A stretch of 64,000 nucleotides of DNA from Selaginella moellendorffii (Eukaryota; Plantae; Lycopodiophyta): NCBI RefSeq assembly GCF_000143415.4, contig NW_003314294.1, forward strand, positions 1,490,014-1,554,013, written 5' to 3'. Within the stretch, counting starts at the first letter, position 1. Every line of letters begins with the position of its first letter. The notes beneath the pieces were generated by a model, which worked only from the letters and a program-made list of their open reading frames with translations, searched no databases and had not been told where the DNA came from. Both the position numbers and the translations under genes were made by a program. This document shows, one piece after another, positions 36,797-49,652 of this stretch.

Positions 36797-38564
36797 GTAT
36801 ACAACAAGACTAGTTGCCCAATCTCATTGGATAGTACTCGTTGAGACGTAGCCTCTGTCGATATCATTTGGATACATTTAGTCTGTAGTGTTGGATTTCA
36901 TAGAGTCTTGGATGTGGTGATTCACTTCTTGAGGAAGTGTTATTTGTAACTAAGTTTTGCTGAAGGATTGGTCTCGGATACTAAGTAAAGTATCTTCGAC
37001 CTTGGTTAGCCTAGTTTCTAGGGAGTTTTGAGTGGTGATTGACTCATGCTTTGAGTTGGAATATATCGATCATTGATAATTCTTTTTGTGTTTGTTATGA
37101 AGTGAGTTACATCTTGCCATAGATGGATTCATGGAGGATCTTTTGGTAATCACTTGTTAAGCATAACTTCGTTATGCTTAGCTTTTGGATTGATGCAGAC
37201 ATGCTTTTCAGTAGCTCTGGCATTATGAAGTTTAGCTTATAGATGTGTTGACGAGGATATTATGGCTTGTACCATGATTTTTTTTTAGCATTGAAGTTAG
37301 TTCATGTAAAACTTGTGATTATTATTAGGCAAGACTTAGCTATAGGCTTCTTTGAGCTTTTGGTTCCTTGAATTTTCATGCTTGTAGTCCATTTGTTAGA
37401 AGTTGTTGGGGAAGGTAATTTTGGCTCATTAACTTCGATAAAGTTAGTATTTGCATCTAGCAATCATTGGTGATAATTAACTATCATTTAGGATAGTTGA
37501 TTATCCTTGTCAAAAGGTTTTGCTTTATTGTTGTTGATATAGAATGATTCGCTATTCTTTGGGATAGTGGATTCTTTATTCGATAATGATCATGCATCTC
37601 TTTATTGATAAGATGATTGATGGTCTTTCATGATAGTTAATTGTTCTCTTTGGTGGCTTATGGCTTTTCAGAATACCACATGTTCTTTGTGGTTTACTCT
37701 AGATTGGTCTATTAGGTTTGATACATCAATAGGATGTTGCTAGCACTTGCTTAGGCAACTTTGGTTCTTTGGTGGGACCTATTCAGATTGGCTAAGTGCG
37801 ATAATTGGCATAAATGAATGTTTGTTAGTCTTACCTCATTCATTCTGTTCTGTTGATTGTTGCTCGAGTTCATTCTGATAGGTTGGGATGTTATTTCCTT
37901 TGAGTGATACATTCGCAAGCATTGTGCTTCTCAGTCAATGATACTTTGTGTTCTTTGAATTATCTTTTGTAAGTTGTTTAGCATTCTATCTATAATATTT
38001 GATAGTTAAGTTTTATCATTAAGTTTTTTTGATGATACACTTGCTATTGAATTTTGCTAGATAGTGAATCCTTTTTTTACCAATTATGATAATCTCGGTG
38101 GTTCCTGTACTATGATTCTGGTTTATCAGATGATAATTTCATTGGAATACTTTTGTGTTCTAATCTAAGTTTTATTCACTGATAATTAAGTCTCATATAA
38201 TAATTAAGTAATAATATAGACTTACTCATGGTGTTACTCAATTGATGATCAAGTCATTGTGATTTTATATCAAATCCATGTGATAATAAGCAATGTGTTT
38301 ACGAAGTTGCTTAGTTAAACGATGATCAACCCCAAAATGGTTGATAGAGAAGCTAATCTACTTACATATAGTAGCATTGTAGTAACTTTGACTGGATTCT
38401 CAATAATGGTCCATTATGCTAAGTCTATGTTGATTCTTTAGTTCTTTAAGTTGGCCTATTGAGGTGTTGGTTGCTATAGCTTGTCAGTTAATCTGTTAGC
38501 ACTTGGAGTAAATTGTCCAATGGAGAACGTGTGTAGTTAAGGCATTGACGTCACTAACACTTGT

Positions 38565-38664
38565 NNNNNNNNNNNNNNNNNNNNNNNNNNNNNNNNNNNN
38601 NNNNNNNNNNNNNNNNNNNNNNNNNNNNNNNNNNNNNNNNNNNNNNNNNNNNNNNNNNNNNNNN
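38565..38664. other. Assembly gap (100 N)
   Basis: Run of N. Confidence 1.
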
Positions 38665-41162
38665 CTTCATATTAGATCCTGAAGGTGGATGAAGAGAAAT
38701 GTGAGTGCAATATAGATATCTGAAGATATGGTCTTTGTGATCAAACCTTGGATGTTCATTTTGCATTTTTGTGAATATTGGTGTTGAATGTCAGAAGTAT
38801 GAGCAAAAAGATGTTTGATGCTTAAGCATATTGTTGGATTATAAGAATTTGTGTTGAGGTGAACCTATGTGAAGTAATAGGTAGGAGGAAGTTGGTTGAG
38901 TCTTAAAAGTTTGCATTCCTAAATTGAGAGTCATTCTTTCTCTAGGATGAAAAAATTTCCACAAATTTTCTTAGACTTTTCCAAAAGTTGATCTATTGAT
39001 CACTTTGCTCGGAAACCATTCCGTTTTCGTAAGCCAGTACAAACTAATGAAAGGGTTGGAGTTGGCTTCGGTTGGTTTAAACCCTAATAGGTAATTTGTA
39101 TGATGCAACCCGAAAGGGATGCTGACTTTTAGGGCTAAAGCAATTGAGTTGAATAGAGTCTGGAGTTAGCGTAGAAAAGTGGCCGTTGCGCTTTTCTAAG
39201 AAAGGTGACCCTTGTGCTTTTCTTCTATAGCGTTCTGCTTGGTAGGTTGCACTTTGCATTTCATTAGACTCTATGAGAGTAGTGAACCCTCACTTATCTT
39301 GACTTAGTCTTGGTAACCCTGCGCCTTGGCTGAGGATAGTGATGTTGAGATGTTAGTACCTGTATTATAGCTTTGTCTATGAGGAGGTTGTGTACCAATA
39401 TGAGTCCATCTCATAGTCTTCACTTTAGTTTCAACTAAGTGTTGATCATGTTTAGCTAGCCTCTTCAAGGCATGCTTAGAGCTAATGGCTAAATGCATTA
39501 GTGAGCTTATTGCGGTTGAGTTGGATTCACATGGTCATTTAATTTATGCTTATCTATGAATCTTTATCTCATGCTTGGGATATTATGTTCATGTTAGCCA
39601 AGCATATAACTCAATGGCACGAGTTTAGTGTTTGGTTCTTGTGAAGGCAAGTCGAAGAATGATTGTTAGTTGTTTTGCGACTAGTGATTGCTTGTAGATT
39701 TCGTCAAGGATTGTTAACACTTGCTTCACTTGATGAAGATTTAGCAATGATGGGCTTGCTTTACCGGATGGTGTTTCAAAGGATCATGTTGTTAAACTTA
39801 CATGGGTTTTCCATGTTAGTGTGTCAACTCTACCTTTGTCAATATCATTTGGTTGTATTTAGTTCGTAGTGTTGAATTTCATTGAGTCTTGGATGTGGTG
39901 AATCACTCCTTGATGTAGTGTTATCTGTAGCTGAGTATTGTTGAAGGATTAATCTTGGATACTGACTAAAGTATCTTTAACTTTGGTTAGCTTAGTTGCT
40001 AAAAAGCTTTGAGTGGTGATTCACTTTTGCTTTCTTCTAACTTTGTTATGTTGCTGATGGTATTGAAGTGATGCCTTGTTATTAACATTATTGATGTTGA
40101 GATTTGAGTGAAATGAGATCTCTCTCTGTATGATTAATATTGAGTTTCATTAGTCTCGATGCCAATAGTGTTGATACTTGGGCCGTAACTTTGTGTTGTT
40201 AACATTCGTGCATTTGCTAGTTAGCAATTATATTAACATTTAAATGAATTGAGTGGCAAGTTAAGTTAATTGTGTTCTAGACGAGATTGTTTAATAGGGG
40301 TTGAGGTTTAAGCTTTTCCTTGAAAAGTGATTCAATCATGGACTATGCTACCTTTACGAGATGAACAGTTAGTGATTAATATTGGAATGTTTGAATCTTT
40401 ATTGGATTTGAGTTGGGATATATCAATCATTGATAATTTTTCTTGTGCTTGTTATGAAATGAATTACGTTTTGCTATAGATAGATTTATAGAGGATCAAT
40501 TAAATAATCACTTGTTGAGCATAACTTTATTGTGTTTAGCTTTTGGATTGATGCAGACATGCTCTCCATTAGCTTTGCATTATGAAGTTTAGCTTATGGA
40601 TGTGTTGAGAAGGATATTATAGGTTGTACCATGATTTTTTCTTTAGGATTGAAGTTAGTTTATGCAAAACTTGTGATTATTCTTAGGCAAAACTTGGCTA
40701 TAAGCTTTTTAAAGCTTTTGGTTCTTTGAGTTTTATGCTCATTGTTTTATGTGTTAGAAGTTGTTGGGAAGGCATTTTAGCTTACTAGCTTCGATGTTGA
40801 AGTTGGCTTTTGCATCTAACAATCATTGGTGATGATTAACTATCATTTAGAGTAATTAATCATCCTTGTCGAAGGTTTTGTTTGATTGTTGTTGATATAG
40901 AATGATTTGCTATTCTTCGAGATTGTGGACTCCTTTTTTGACAATGATTATGCATCTCTCTATTGATGGGATGATTCATAGTCTTTAATGATAATTAGTT
41001 GTTCTCTTTGATGGCTTTTGGCTTTTCACAATATCATATGTTCTTTATGGTTTGCTCTGATCAAGTCATTGTGATTATTATAATGTGATAGTGAGTAATG
41101 TGTTTACAAAGTTGATTGGTTAAGCAATGATCAACCCTAAAGTGGTTGATGGTAAAGCTAGT

Positions 41163-42877
41163 TGTGAGACACAAAATCCCTAGGCCCCAAAGTGGAGCCA
41201 AAAGGGTGCCACGTGGTAATGGCTGAAGCGAAAGCCAAACAAGCGTAACACGTTTGGATTAAAAGCTCCGACTTAAAAGGTCAAGAGCGGGAGTGGAACT
41301 CCCAACGAAGTGCTCGAGGAACAAGCACGAAGCAAGCAATAAGTGAGTCCCTAGAAAAGGGACCCAAGATGGACCTAAGATGGAGTCCGAGATGAAGTCC
41401 GAGATGGACCCGAGATGGAGTCCGAGATGGACCCAAGATGGATCCGAGATAGAGTCCGAGATGGACCCAAGATGAAGTCTAAGATGGACCCGGTTTAGAT
41501 GGAGTCCGAGATGGACCCAAAATGGAGTCTGAGATGGAGTCCGAAATGGACCCGAGATGGAGTTTGAGATGGACCCGAGATGGAGTCCGAGATGGAGTCC
41601 GAGATGGACCCAAGATGGAGTTCGAGATGGACCCCAGATGGAGTTCAAGATGGACCCAAGATGGAGTCTGAGATGGAGTTCAAGATGGACCCAAGATGGA
41701 GTCTGAGATGGAGCCCGAGATGGGCCCGAGACGGAGTCCGAGATGGAACCAAGACCGAGATTGAGTTCGAGTCCGAAACCGAGACCGAGACCAAATCCGA
41801 GTTTGGAACCAGGACCGAGACTGAGTCCGAACACTAATACAGGCTGTTGGGTGAAAGCCCAAAAAGATCGTCCCCCGGGAGGGGCTGCAGGGGGTTCCAA
41901 AAGTATAATAGGGAGAGTGTGGGGCTTGGAGCCTAATGGAGCCAGTTTGGCTAGAAAAGGCTAGTTTGGCCTAAGAAGGCTGTACCCAAGTGTTGGGTGA
42001 TGAGCTGACCACTAGAAAGTCCAAGACTAGAGTGAATATGGACCGACAAGCGGGGTATCTTGGTGAAGTGTTCAAGAGCTGGCTCTAGTTCCCCTGGGAG
42101 ATTGAATGGTCGATGTTCCCAGTCCAAGTGTGGGTGGCACTATTTACTTGGATACCTAGTGTGGCTCAACGGAACCTCACTCTAAGACCATGGCTAGAGC
42201 ACCCAAAGGTGATAGGTGGGAAGAGTACCCAGGAGGCTTGTGTAAGGCCATGGTGTTCCAAAATGTTGTCCCAAAGTCCCAAACTGTAGAAAGGAAGAGG
42301 AGCAATCCTCTGGTGTGGTGACCAAGGATGCGGTCCTGTGGTGAGGAAGTCCCAACCCAAAGGATAGTGGGATTTAGTGATCAAGCTTGTGGGCCTTGTC
42401 CCAACAGCAGTGTTGGCAAACACAGATATGGACAGAAAAGGGACTTGGTGGGGACTATAAAAGGGATATTGGGGAAGGCTGTTCCCCATGTATGCGGATA
42501 CCCTAAACCCTAAAGATGCTAAGAAGTGGATTTGGGATTACCACTCATGGACGGATGACCCAGTCTTTGAAAAATGGGATTGTGATGCTGGTGGTGTTGG
42601 ACCACGGGTGTGACTAAGGTGAATGGGCATGGCCTTAGCATAATGGGCTGGTATGTCGGTGGTACCTTGGGGTGTCGTTCATAGGATCGGACATGTGGAG
42701 CACTTAGACCAAGTGCAAAGGTTAAGTGGCATGAATGCCATCCTCAGGACTGGCAAGCCCCAAGTCCTAAATTGGATTTATGGAGGTTATGAAGGAGACT
42801 CTTCCAAGTGGTCAGAAGTATGGTTAAGTGACTAAAGTACAATGGAAAAATTAGTCACTTAGAATTTGGTATCGGAG
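41163..42877 (+). mobile_element. Family-C 5' LTR (41163-42863) plus PBS TGGTATCGGAG; internal region lost
   Basis: Starts TGTGAGACAC; homologous to 2166-3726; contains a 12-bp GAGATGGAGTCC/GAGATGGACCC array at 41367-41830. Confidence 0.85.
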
Positions 42878-45139
42878 TTGTTCCTTAATCTGACTCTTAT
42901 TAGTGGCCAAATATATCACCACTTGTGTTGGAATTGGAAAGTCCTGAGTATGGACCTATCTTTAAGGAGTAGTATGTTGAGAGGACATGGCTCCCCACTC
43001 CAGTTCAACGATCCTCCATGAATCCATCTATAGCAACACATAATTTACTTCATAACAAGCACAAGAAGAATCATTAATGATTGATATATTCCAACTCAAA
43101 CCCAATAAGGATTCAAACATTCTAATATTGATCACTAACTCTTCCACTTGTAAAGTTAGTATAGTCCACTACTGAATCACTTTTCAAGGAAAAGCCAAAG
43201 CTCAACCCTTACTAAATAATCTCTTCTAAAATGCAACTAACTCAAACTTGCCACTCAGCTCATTTGAACGCTCACATAGTTGCTAACTAGCAAATACACG
43301 AATGCCAATAACATAAAGCTATAGCCAAATCATCAACACTATCATCATCGAGACTAATAAAACTCGACATCAATCTTTTGAAGAGACCTCTCATTTCACT
43401 TAAAACTCAACATCAACAATATCAATGACAAGGCATCACTTCAATGCCATCAACACCATAACAAAGCTAGAAGAAAGCACAAGTCAATCACCACTCAAAA
43501 CTCCCTAGCAATTAAGCTAACCAAGGTCGAAGATACTTTACTTAGTATCCGAGACCAATCCTTCAACAAAACTTAGTTACAGATAACACTTCCTTAAGGA
43601 ATGAATCACCACATCCAAGACTCCATGAAATCCAACACTACAAACTAAACGTATCCAAATGATATTGATAGAGGTAGAGTCCACATGCCAACATGGAAAA
43701 CCCATATAAGTTTAACGACATGATCCTCTGCAACACCATCCGGTAAAGTAAATCCATCACTGATAAATCTTCATCAAGTGAAGCAAGTGTCAATAGTCCT
43801 TGACAAAGTTTACAAGTAATCATTAGTTTGCAAAGCAACTAATAATCACTTTTCAACTTGCCTTCACAAAACCCAAACACTAAACTCATGCCATTGAGTT
43901 ATATATACTTGTCCAACATGAACATAATATCCCAAGCATGAGATAAAGGTTCATAGACAAGCATAAACTAAATGACCACTCGATTCCAACTCAACCGCAA
44001 TAAACTCACTAATGCATTTAACCAATAGCTCTAAGCATGTCTTGAAAAGGCTAGCTATGCATGATCAACACTCAGTCAAAACTAAAGAGAAGACCATAAG
44101 ATGAACTCATATTAGTACATAACCTCCTTATAGACAAAGCTATAGTATAGGTATCAACATTTCAACCACAAACAACTAAGTTAGACATCACTATCCTCAA
44201 CCAAAGTGCAAAGCTTCAAGATCAGTGAGAGCTTACTACTCTCATAGAGTCTAATGAAATGCAAAGTGCAACATACCACCAAGCATAACGCTACAGAAAA
44301 AAAGCACAAGGGTTACCCTTCTTAAAAAAGTGCAACAACCATTTTTCTACACCAACTCCAGACTTTATCCAACTCAATTGCTTTAGCCCCAAAAGCTAGC
44401 ATCCCTTTCCGGTTGCATTATACAAACTACCTACTAAAGTGTAAGCTAACTAAAGTCAACTTTAACCACCTTCACTAGTTTGTATTAACTTACGAAAACG
44501 GAATGGTTTTCGGGCAAAGTGATCAACAAATCAGCCATTGGAAAAGTCTAAAAAAATTTGTGGAAAAAATTTCCATCTTAGAGAAAGAGACCTAACGTTT
44601 AGTCTGTAGTGTTGCTTAGAGAACAGAACAAAATGCATTTGGGTTTGAACATCTATTGGGTTTGAGATATCAATAGGATGTTACTGGCACTTGCTTAAAC
44701 AACTCTGGTTCTTTGGTATTATTGACCGGGATCTATTCAGATTGGCTAAGTGCAATAATTGGCATGAATGAATGTTTATTAGTCTTATTTTATTCATTCT
44801 ATTCTGTCGATTGTTGCTTGAGTTCATTTTGACAGGTTGGGATGTTATTTCCTTTGGGTGATACATTTGCAAGCATTGTGCTTGTTAGTCAATGATACTT
44901 TGTGTTCTTTGAGTTATCTTTCGTAAATTGTTTGGCATTCTATCTGCAATATTTGATAATTAAGTTTTATCATTGAGTTTTCTTGATGATACGTTGACTA
45001 TTGAATTTTGTTGGATAGTGAATCCTATCTTTTCCAATCATGCTGATCTTGGTGGTTCCTGTACTATAATACTGATTTATCAAATACCATCTATTGATCT
45101 TTGATTTTGGGCCAGTATAGGTAGATTGGCTTTAGCACT

Positions 45140-46005
45140 TCATGTGCATGGTGAAATCTTTAGTTATGGGGTAGCTACTGTCGACTGGTCACATCACCTG
45201 CCTCTCTGTCGATATTCCTTTTGTCATTTAAAAAGGGCATGACCGTGTAAACAACTCTAACTACCTATTTACAGTACTCTATTTAAACCTTACCGACAAG
45301 TTTGGTTTCTTTGCTCAGGAGGGTTGGAACCTCTGGCTTTTCTCTCTATATCCCTACAGGCAGGGGCGTATCACACTTTTGCAAGCTGGGTGACACCCAG
45401 AGTAGCAAGGGTGGCTAACTCCATTGGTCATTTCCTTGTTGACAACGGCCGGAAGGTGTCTGAGCTAGTAGTGCATCCATGTTAGATAAAGAGGTTATCT
45501 TCTAACTCATTTAAGTTAGTGCATTTCTCACATAGTGTGATCACCGTGAACTTTTTCTGGAGTTGTTACCTTGCCAGTGGTCTAAAATCGAGTATACATC
45601 AACGAGGATGTCGATCTTCCCTAGGGGGGGAGAGTGTCGCGAATGTGACTTCGGGTATCGAAAGTTACCTGTCGGTTAGTCTTTTCGGATATTCTTTCCT
45701 TATTGCCATGACGGCAGGAGGTCGGTATTGCTGGACTCGTTATCAATCTCTGTCTAAACTAGTTGAGAAACTGGTCTTCACGTGTGCACTTGACCAAATG
45801 AGTATAAGGACAGAATTCCTAAGTGCTATTAGTCAAGCATACTTGACCTAGTTAGAGAAACTCATTCGTTTGCTTGCACTTATTAGTGTTAGGAACCCCC
45901 ACGCTTAGTCCCTCAATATCGCTAAATGATAACTTACCGTGTTTGCCAAACACCCTCACTGTCATACCCTTTGTGTTAGTCTCATTTCAGTCCTAAATGC
46001 TAAAT
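45140..46005 (+). mobile_element. Family-B-related 3' UTR, PPT and partial 3' LTR (from 45635)
   Basis: Colinear with 35430-36245; AGGGGGGGAGAG followed by TGTCGCGAATGTGACT. Confidence 0.8.
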
Positions 46006-46099
46006 GAAGACAAATATAACAAAAACTACCATACAAAAAACAAGACTAGCGATACAACCAAAACAACTACAAACTACAGAATATCACTTAGATATATAA

Positions 46100-47640
46100 G
46101 ATGAAGTAGCTCTCATCACTGAAAATCAAGAATTCAAACTTCATGTAAATATTAATGAAGACATTGAAGAATTAAATCTAGGGGTTCTCTCAAATCCATA
46201 AAACGTCTTAATAGCTACACAACTCAACAAACCTTTTAGATTTGATGCTACTATCCTCCTTACTAAATATAAAGATATCTTTGTTTGGTCATATAAAGAC
46301 CTCAAAGGTATACCACCTAATTTATATACACATCGGATTGAATTACTTCTAGGCATTTGACACATTAAATAAATTGCTTACCGGATGAATCCCACATTCA
46401 CTAAAAAAGTAAAAGCTGAAATCAACAAACTCTTTGAAGAAATATTTATATATCCAATACAAATGCCCAATGGCTGTCACCTTTAGTCATTGTACCCAAG
46501 AAAAATGGGAAATTATGCATCTGTGTGAACTATAAGAAGTTAAATGATGCCACTACAAAAGATGCCTTTCCCATCCCATTTTCAAATAAAATACTGAATG
46601 CCGTAGCAAGTCATTAGATGTACTCATTTTTTGACGGTTTTTCAAGCTACAATAAAGTACACATAGCTGTCGAAGATCAACATAAAACAGCTTTCATAAG
46701 TCCTTGGGGAGCATATGCATACATGCAAATGCCATTTGGATTAACCAATGCCCCATTTACTTTTCAACGGATCATTACCGATACTTTCCAAGATTATCTC
46801 ACAGATTTCATGCAAGCCTTTATGGATGACTTTTGTGTCTTTGGACCTAAAAACAAACACCTTGAATATCTTAAGAAATGTTTTATCAAATGCAAACAAA
46901 ACCAAGTTGCTTTTAATCCTGAAAAATGTACTTTCTTTGTTAAATCAGGAATACTACTTGGCCACATGTTTCCACCCAAGGCATTCAAATCAATAAAGCT
47001 AAAACTGATGTCATTATGAAAATGCAACCACCTCATGATCTCAAAAGTTTGCGAAGTTTTCTGGGCAAGATGGGTCACCATAGAAGATTTATTAAGGACT
47101 ATGCCAAAGTCACTAAACCCTTAACTGATTTACTCAAGAAAAACAAATTCTATCACTAGACTCAAGAATGTCAGCAAGCATTCTTGTTACTCAAAGATAA
47201 ACTTATACAAGCACTAATTCTTGTCCAACCAATCTAGACTCAAGAATTTCTCATACAAATTGATGCTTCTAACTATGTGCTAGGAGCAATTCTTTGCTAA
47301 AGAAAAGACGATCATTATAATCACCCTATATATTATGCAAGTCGACGACTTTCTCCACCAGAAATGAATTATACAACTACAGAGAAAGAAGCCTTAGGCA
47401 TGATATAAATTCCGACACTATTTACTTTCCAACAAAGTCAAAATATGTTAATCATCAAACATTGATTCATCTACTCAACAAACCCATCTTTAACATATGA
47501 ATAGCAAGATGGTTTTTGTTATTACAAGAATTAAATTTTGAAATAGTTCACAAACTTGGCAAATAACATGAACAAGCTGATCATCTTAACAGAATTACAA
47601 CCGGGGAAAATATACAAGACCCCAACGATGACTTACCTAA
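46100..47640 (+). mobile_element. Decayed gypsy RT-RNase H (different family)
   Basis: 'WLSPLVIVPKKNGKLCIC', 'YSFFDGFSSY', 'MPFGLTNAP', 'FMDDF', 'NYTTTEKEAL'. Confidence 0.85.
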
Positions 47641-47659
47641 TTCACCTCTTTTTAAAATT

Positions 47660-48510
47660 ACCACCCACGATACACTTTAAGAAATCTTTAATTGTTTCCA
47701 TCCTGAGTCTTGAAGATCTTCATCGAAAGAAGTGGAAGCCACTCTTTGTTCTTCTCCAGCCTCAATTCTGCTTCAAACTCTTCATGCGGTGCTTCAGCTT
47801 CTTCACATTTGCTATTGTCTCTCTCCCCGCTAACAGACAGGATGAATTACATTGTCAACCTGAGATAGCTAGATGATTTCTTGAAGCTCAACATAAGCTT
47901 GTGCAGATCCGCTTTGTTTACCCTCCTAACAATTTCATTAGGCAAAAGCCTGCATACTGGGACGTCTGGTGGCGCGAACTAAGATCCTAGCAAGTAGGTC
48001 CGTGCTGGTTTCAAAATGCAAGCTTGCAGGATTACTGTAGACGTCCGCTTCCTGCTGAGGCTCAACTTGTTTAGCTTTCTCTCTCCACCTTTTTGATTCG
48101 TCACCACCTTTATCTGTTTTCTTCTTGGCACGCTTCTTAGATCCTCCGGCCTCTGTTCCTTATCTATCAGAATCACCTCGTCATGCGCCTGGGTGCCTGA
48201 GAATTGAAATGCCTGCATTGTGTCCAAACCAGCTTCGGGTTGCTTGGCATTCACGTCCTCAACCAGTGTGACATTTTCGTCCAACTCATTTGGCAGCTCT
48301 GGCAAGTCATCAATCTGTTCCTCCAGTCCCCTTACAACAACCTTGTTAACAACCTTCACCGTCTCAAGATTTTGCTGAGAATTGTTTATTCCGCTCATCG
48401 CTCTGCACTTGGGGACAACAGACTTTACAAAAGCCTGTGCTTCAGCTTCACGTTGTGTGGATGGTTGCAAATTCTTTGACTTCAATCTAGCTGAACTTCT
48501 TCGCATTCTG
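47660..48510 (-). CDS. Unknown multi-exon protein fragment, divergent from the MULE-like transposase
   Basis: 175-aa ORF 47979-48506 begins at an AG acceptor; no recognisable domain. Confidence 0.3.
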
Positions 48511-49132
48511 TAATAAAAAAATGTTAATCACTTATATGAAATGATTAAAAGAAAGATTGAAATGAGTCTTCGGGCTAATAAAGCCACCGTCTGGCTGTGA
48601 GGTCACCAGCTTCAATAGATGGTGGAATTAAGGTTTGCCATTGGGGGCATACTCTGAGTTGAAGCACTCCCACCATACCCACCGACTGCATGGGAGGATG
48701 CCGACCTCCCAAGTAGGTGGGTTTTGCCCCCATTGGGGGCATATACTGGGGACACGAGCAGTGTACATCCCACCGACTACATAGGAGGATGCCGACCTCC
48801 TAAGTCGGTGGGACGGAAATCATTCCTGAGTCACTGCTGACTGAAGGAGTTGGTGATATCAATTCCAGTCGGTGGGAGGAGAAGGTGAGGCTGAAAAAGA
48901 TTAAGGGATCTGAGAGGGAGGAAAGGCTAAGTGTGGGCTGATGGAGGTTTGAGGATATGAGGCTGACAGTGCTTCATGGATCTGACTCATAAATTTGTAA
49001 GTTGAAGGACGCGAGGCACGGCCTTGACATATCTTCTGCTGGAGGGGCGGCGACCATGAGGCGGAATGCAGAGGAAGTCCATGATGCTGATCTCACCTCT
49101 TGCGCTTCAAACAAGCTCCTCGCTCTGAACAA

Positions 49133-49434
49133 CCGACATTTCACTGGACCTTATCTCAATGTTAAAAGAATGTTAAATGCAAAACTACATCAGAGTCAAT
49201 ATTTAAAAATATTATTCTATTAGAAATAAAATTATACTAGTTGAGTTTACAATTACTATAAACTACTAAACTCCATAAAGTTTACCAAGCAAAGATAACA
49301 TAGCAATATTTAATAATTGATATATTTGTATTTCTAGTAGAATAATATTTTAAAATATTGACTCCAATGTAGTATTACATTTAACATTCTTTTAATATTG
49401 GGGTTTCTTGAGATAGGGTCCAATGAAATGTCAG
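49133..49434. repeat. ~300-bp AT-rich foldback / MITE-like inverted repeat
   Basis: 49133-~49230 (CCGACATTTCACTGGACCTTATCTCAA...) is inverted at ~49328-49434 (...TTGAGATAGGGTCCAATGAAATGTCAG). Confidence 0.75.
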
Positions 49435-49652
49435 ATTTTTAAAAAACAAATTTGTAAATGATGATTTTTAAATTGTAACGGATAGATTAACAAATTCTAA
49501 GAAAGGGAATACGGGACATTAATGGTGGGCAATCAGTAAGATGCCGTGCTGGAATGTGTGTTTTGCATTATTGCACGTTGCATCTTGCATGAAACATTAA
49601 ACATTCACATTGCACGGAATAAACATTTCTGTTACATTAGTCCGAAATTCTT

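Larger units (their letters stand above)
36797..45090. repeat. Unclassified degenerate repeat present as several direct and inverted copies
   Basis: 36800-37760 resembles 39800-41060; 38939-40497 is inverted at 43010-44585; 44650-45080 resembles 37720-38130; strong strand asymmetry. Confidence 0.65.
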
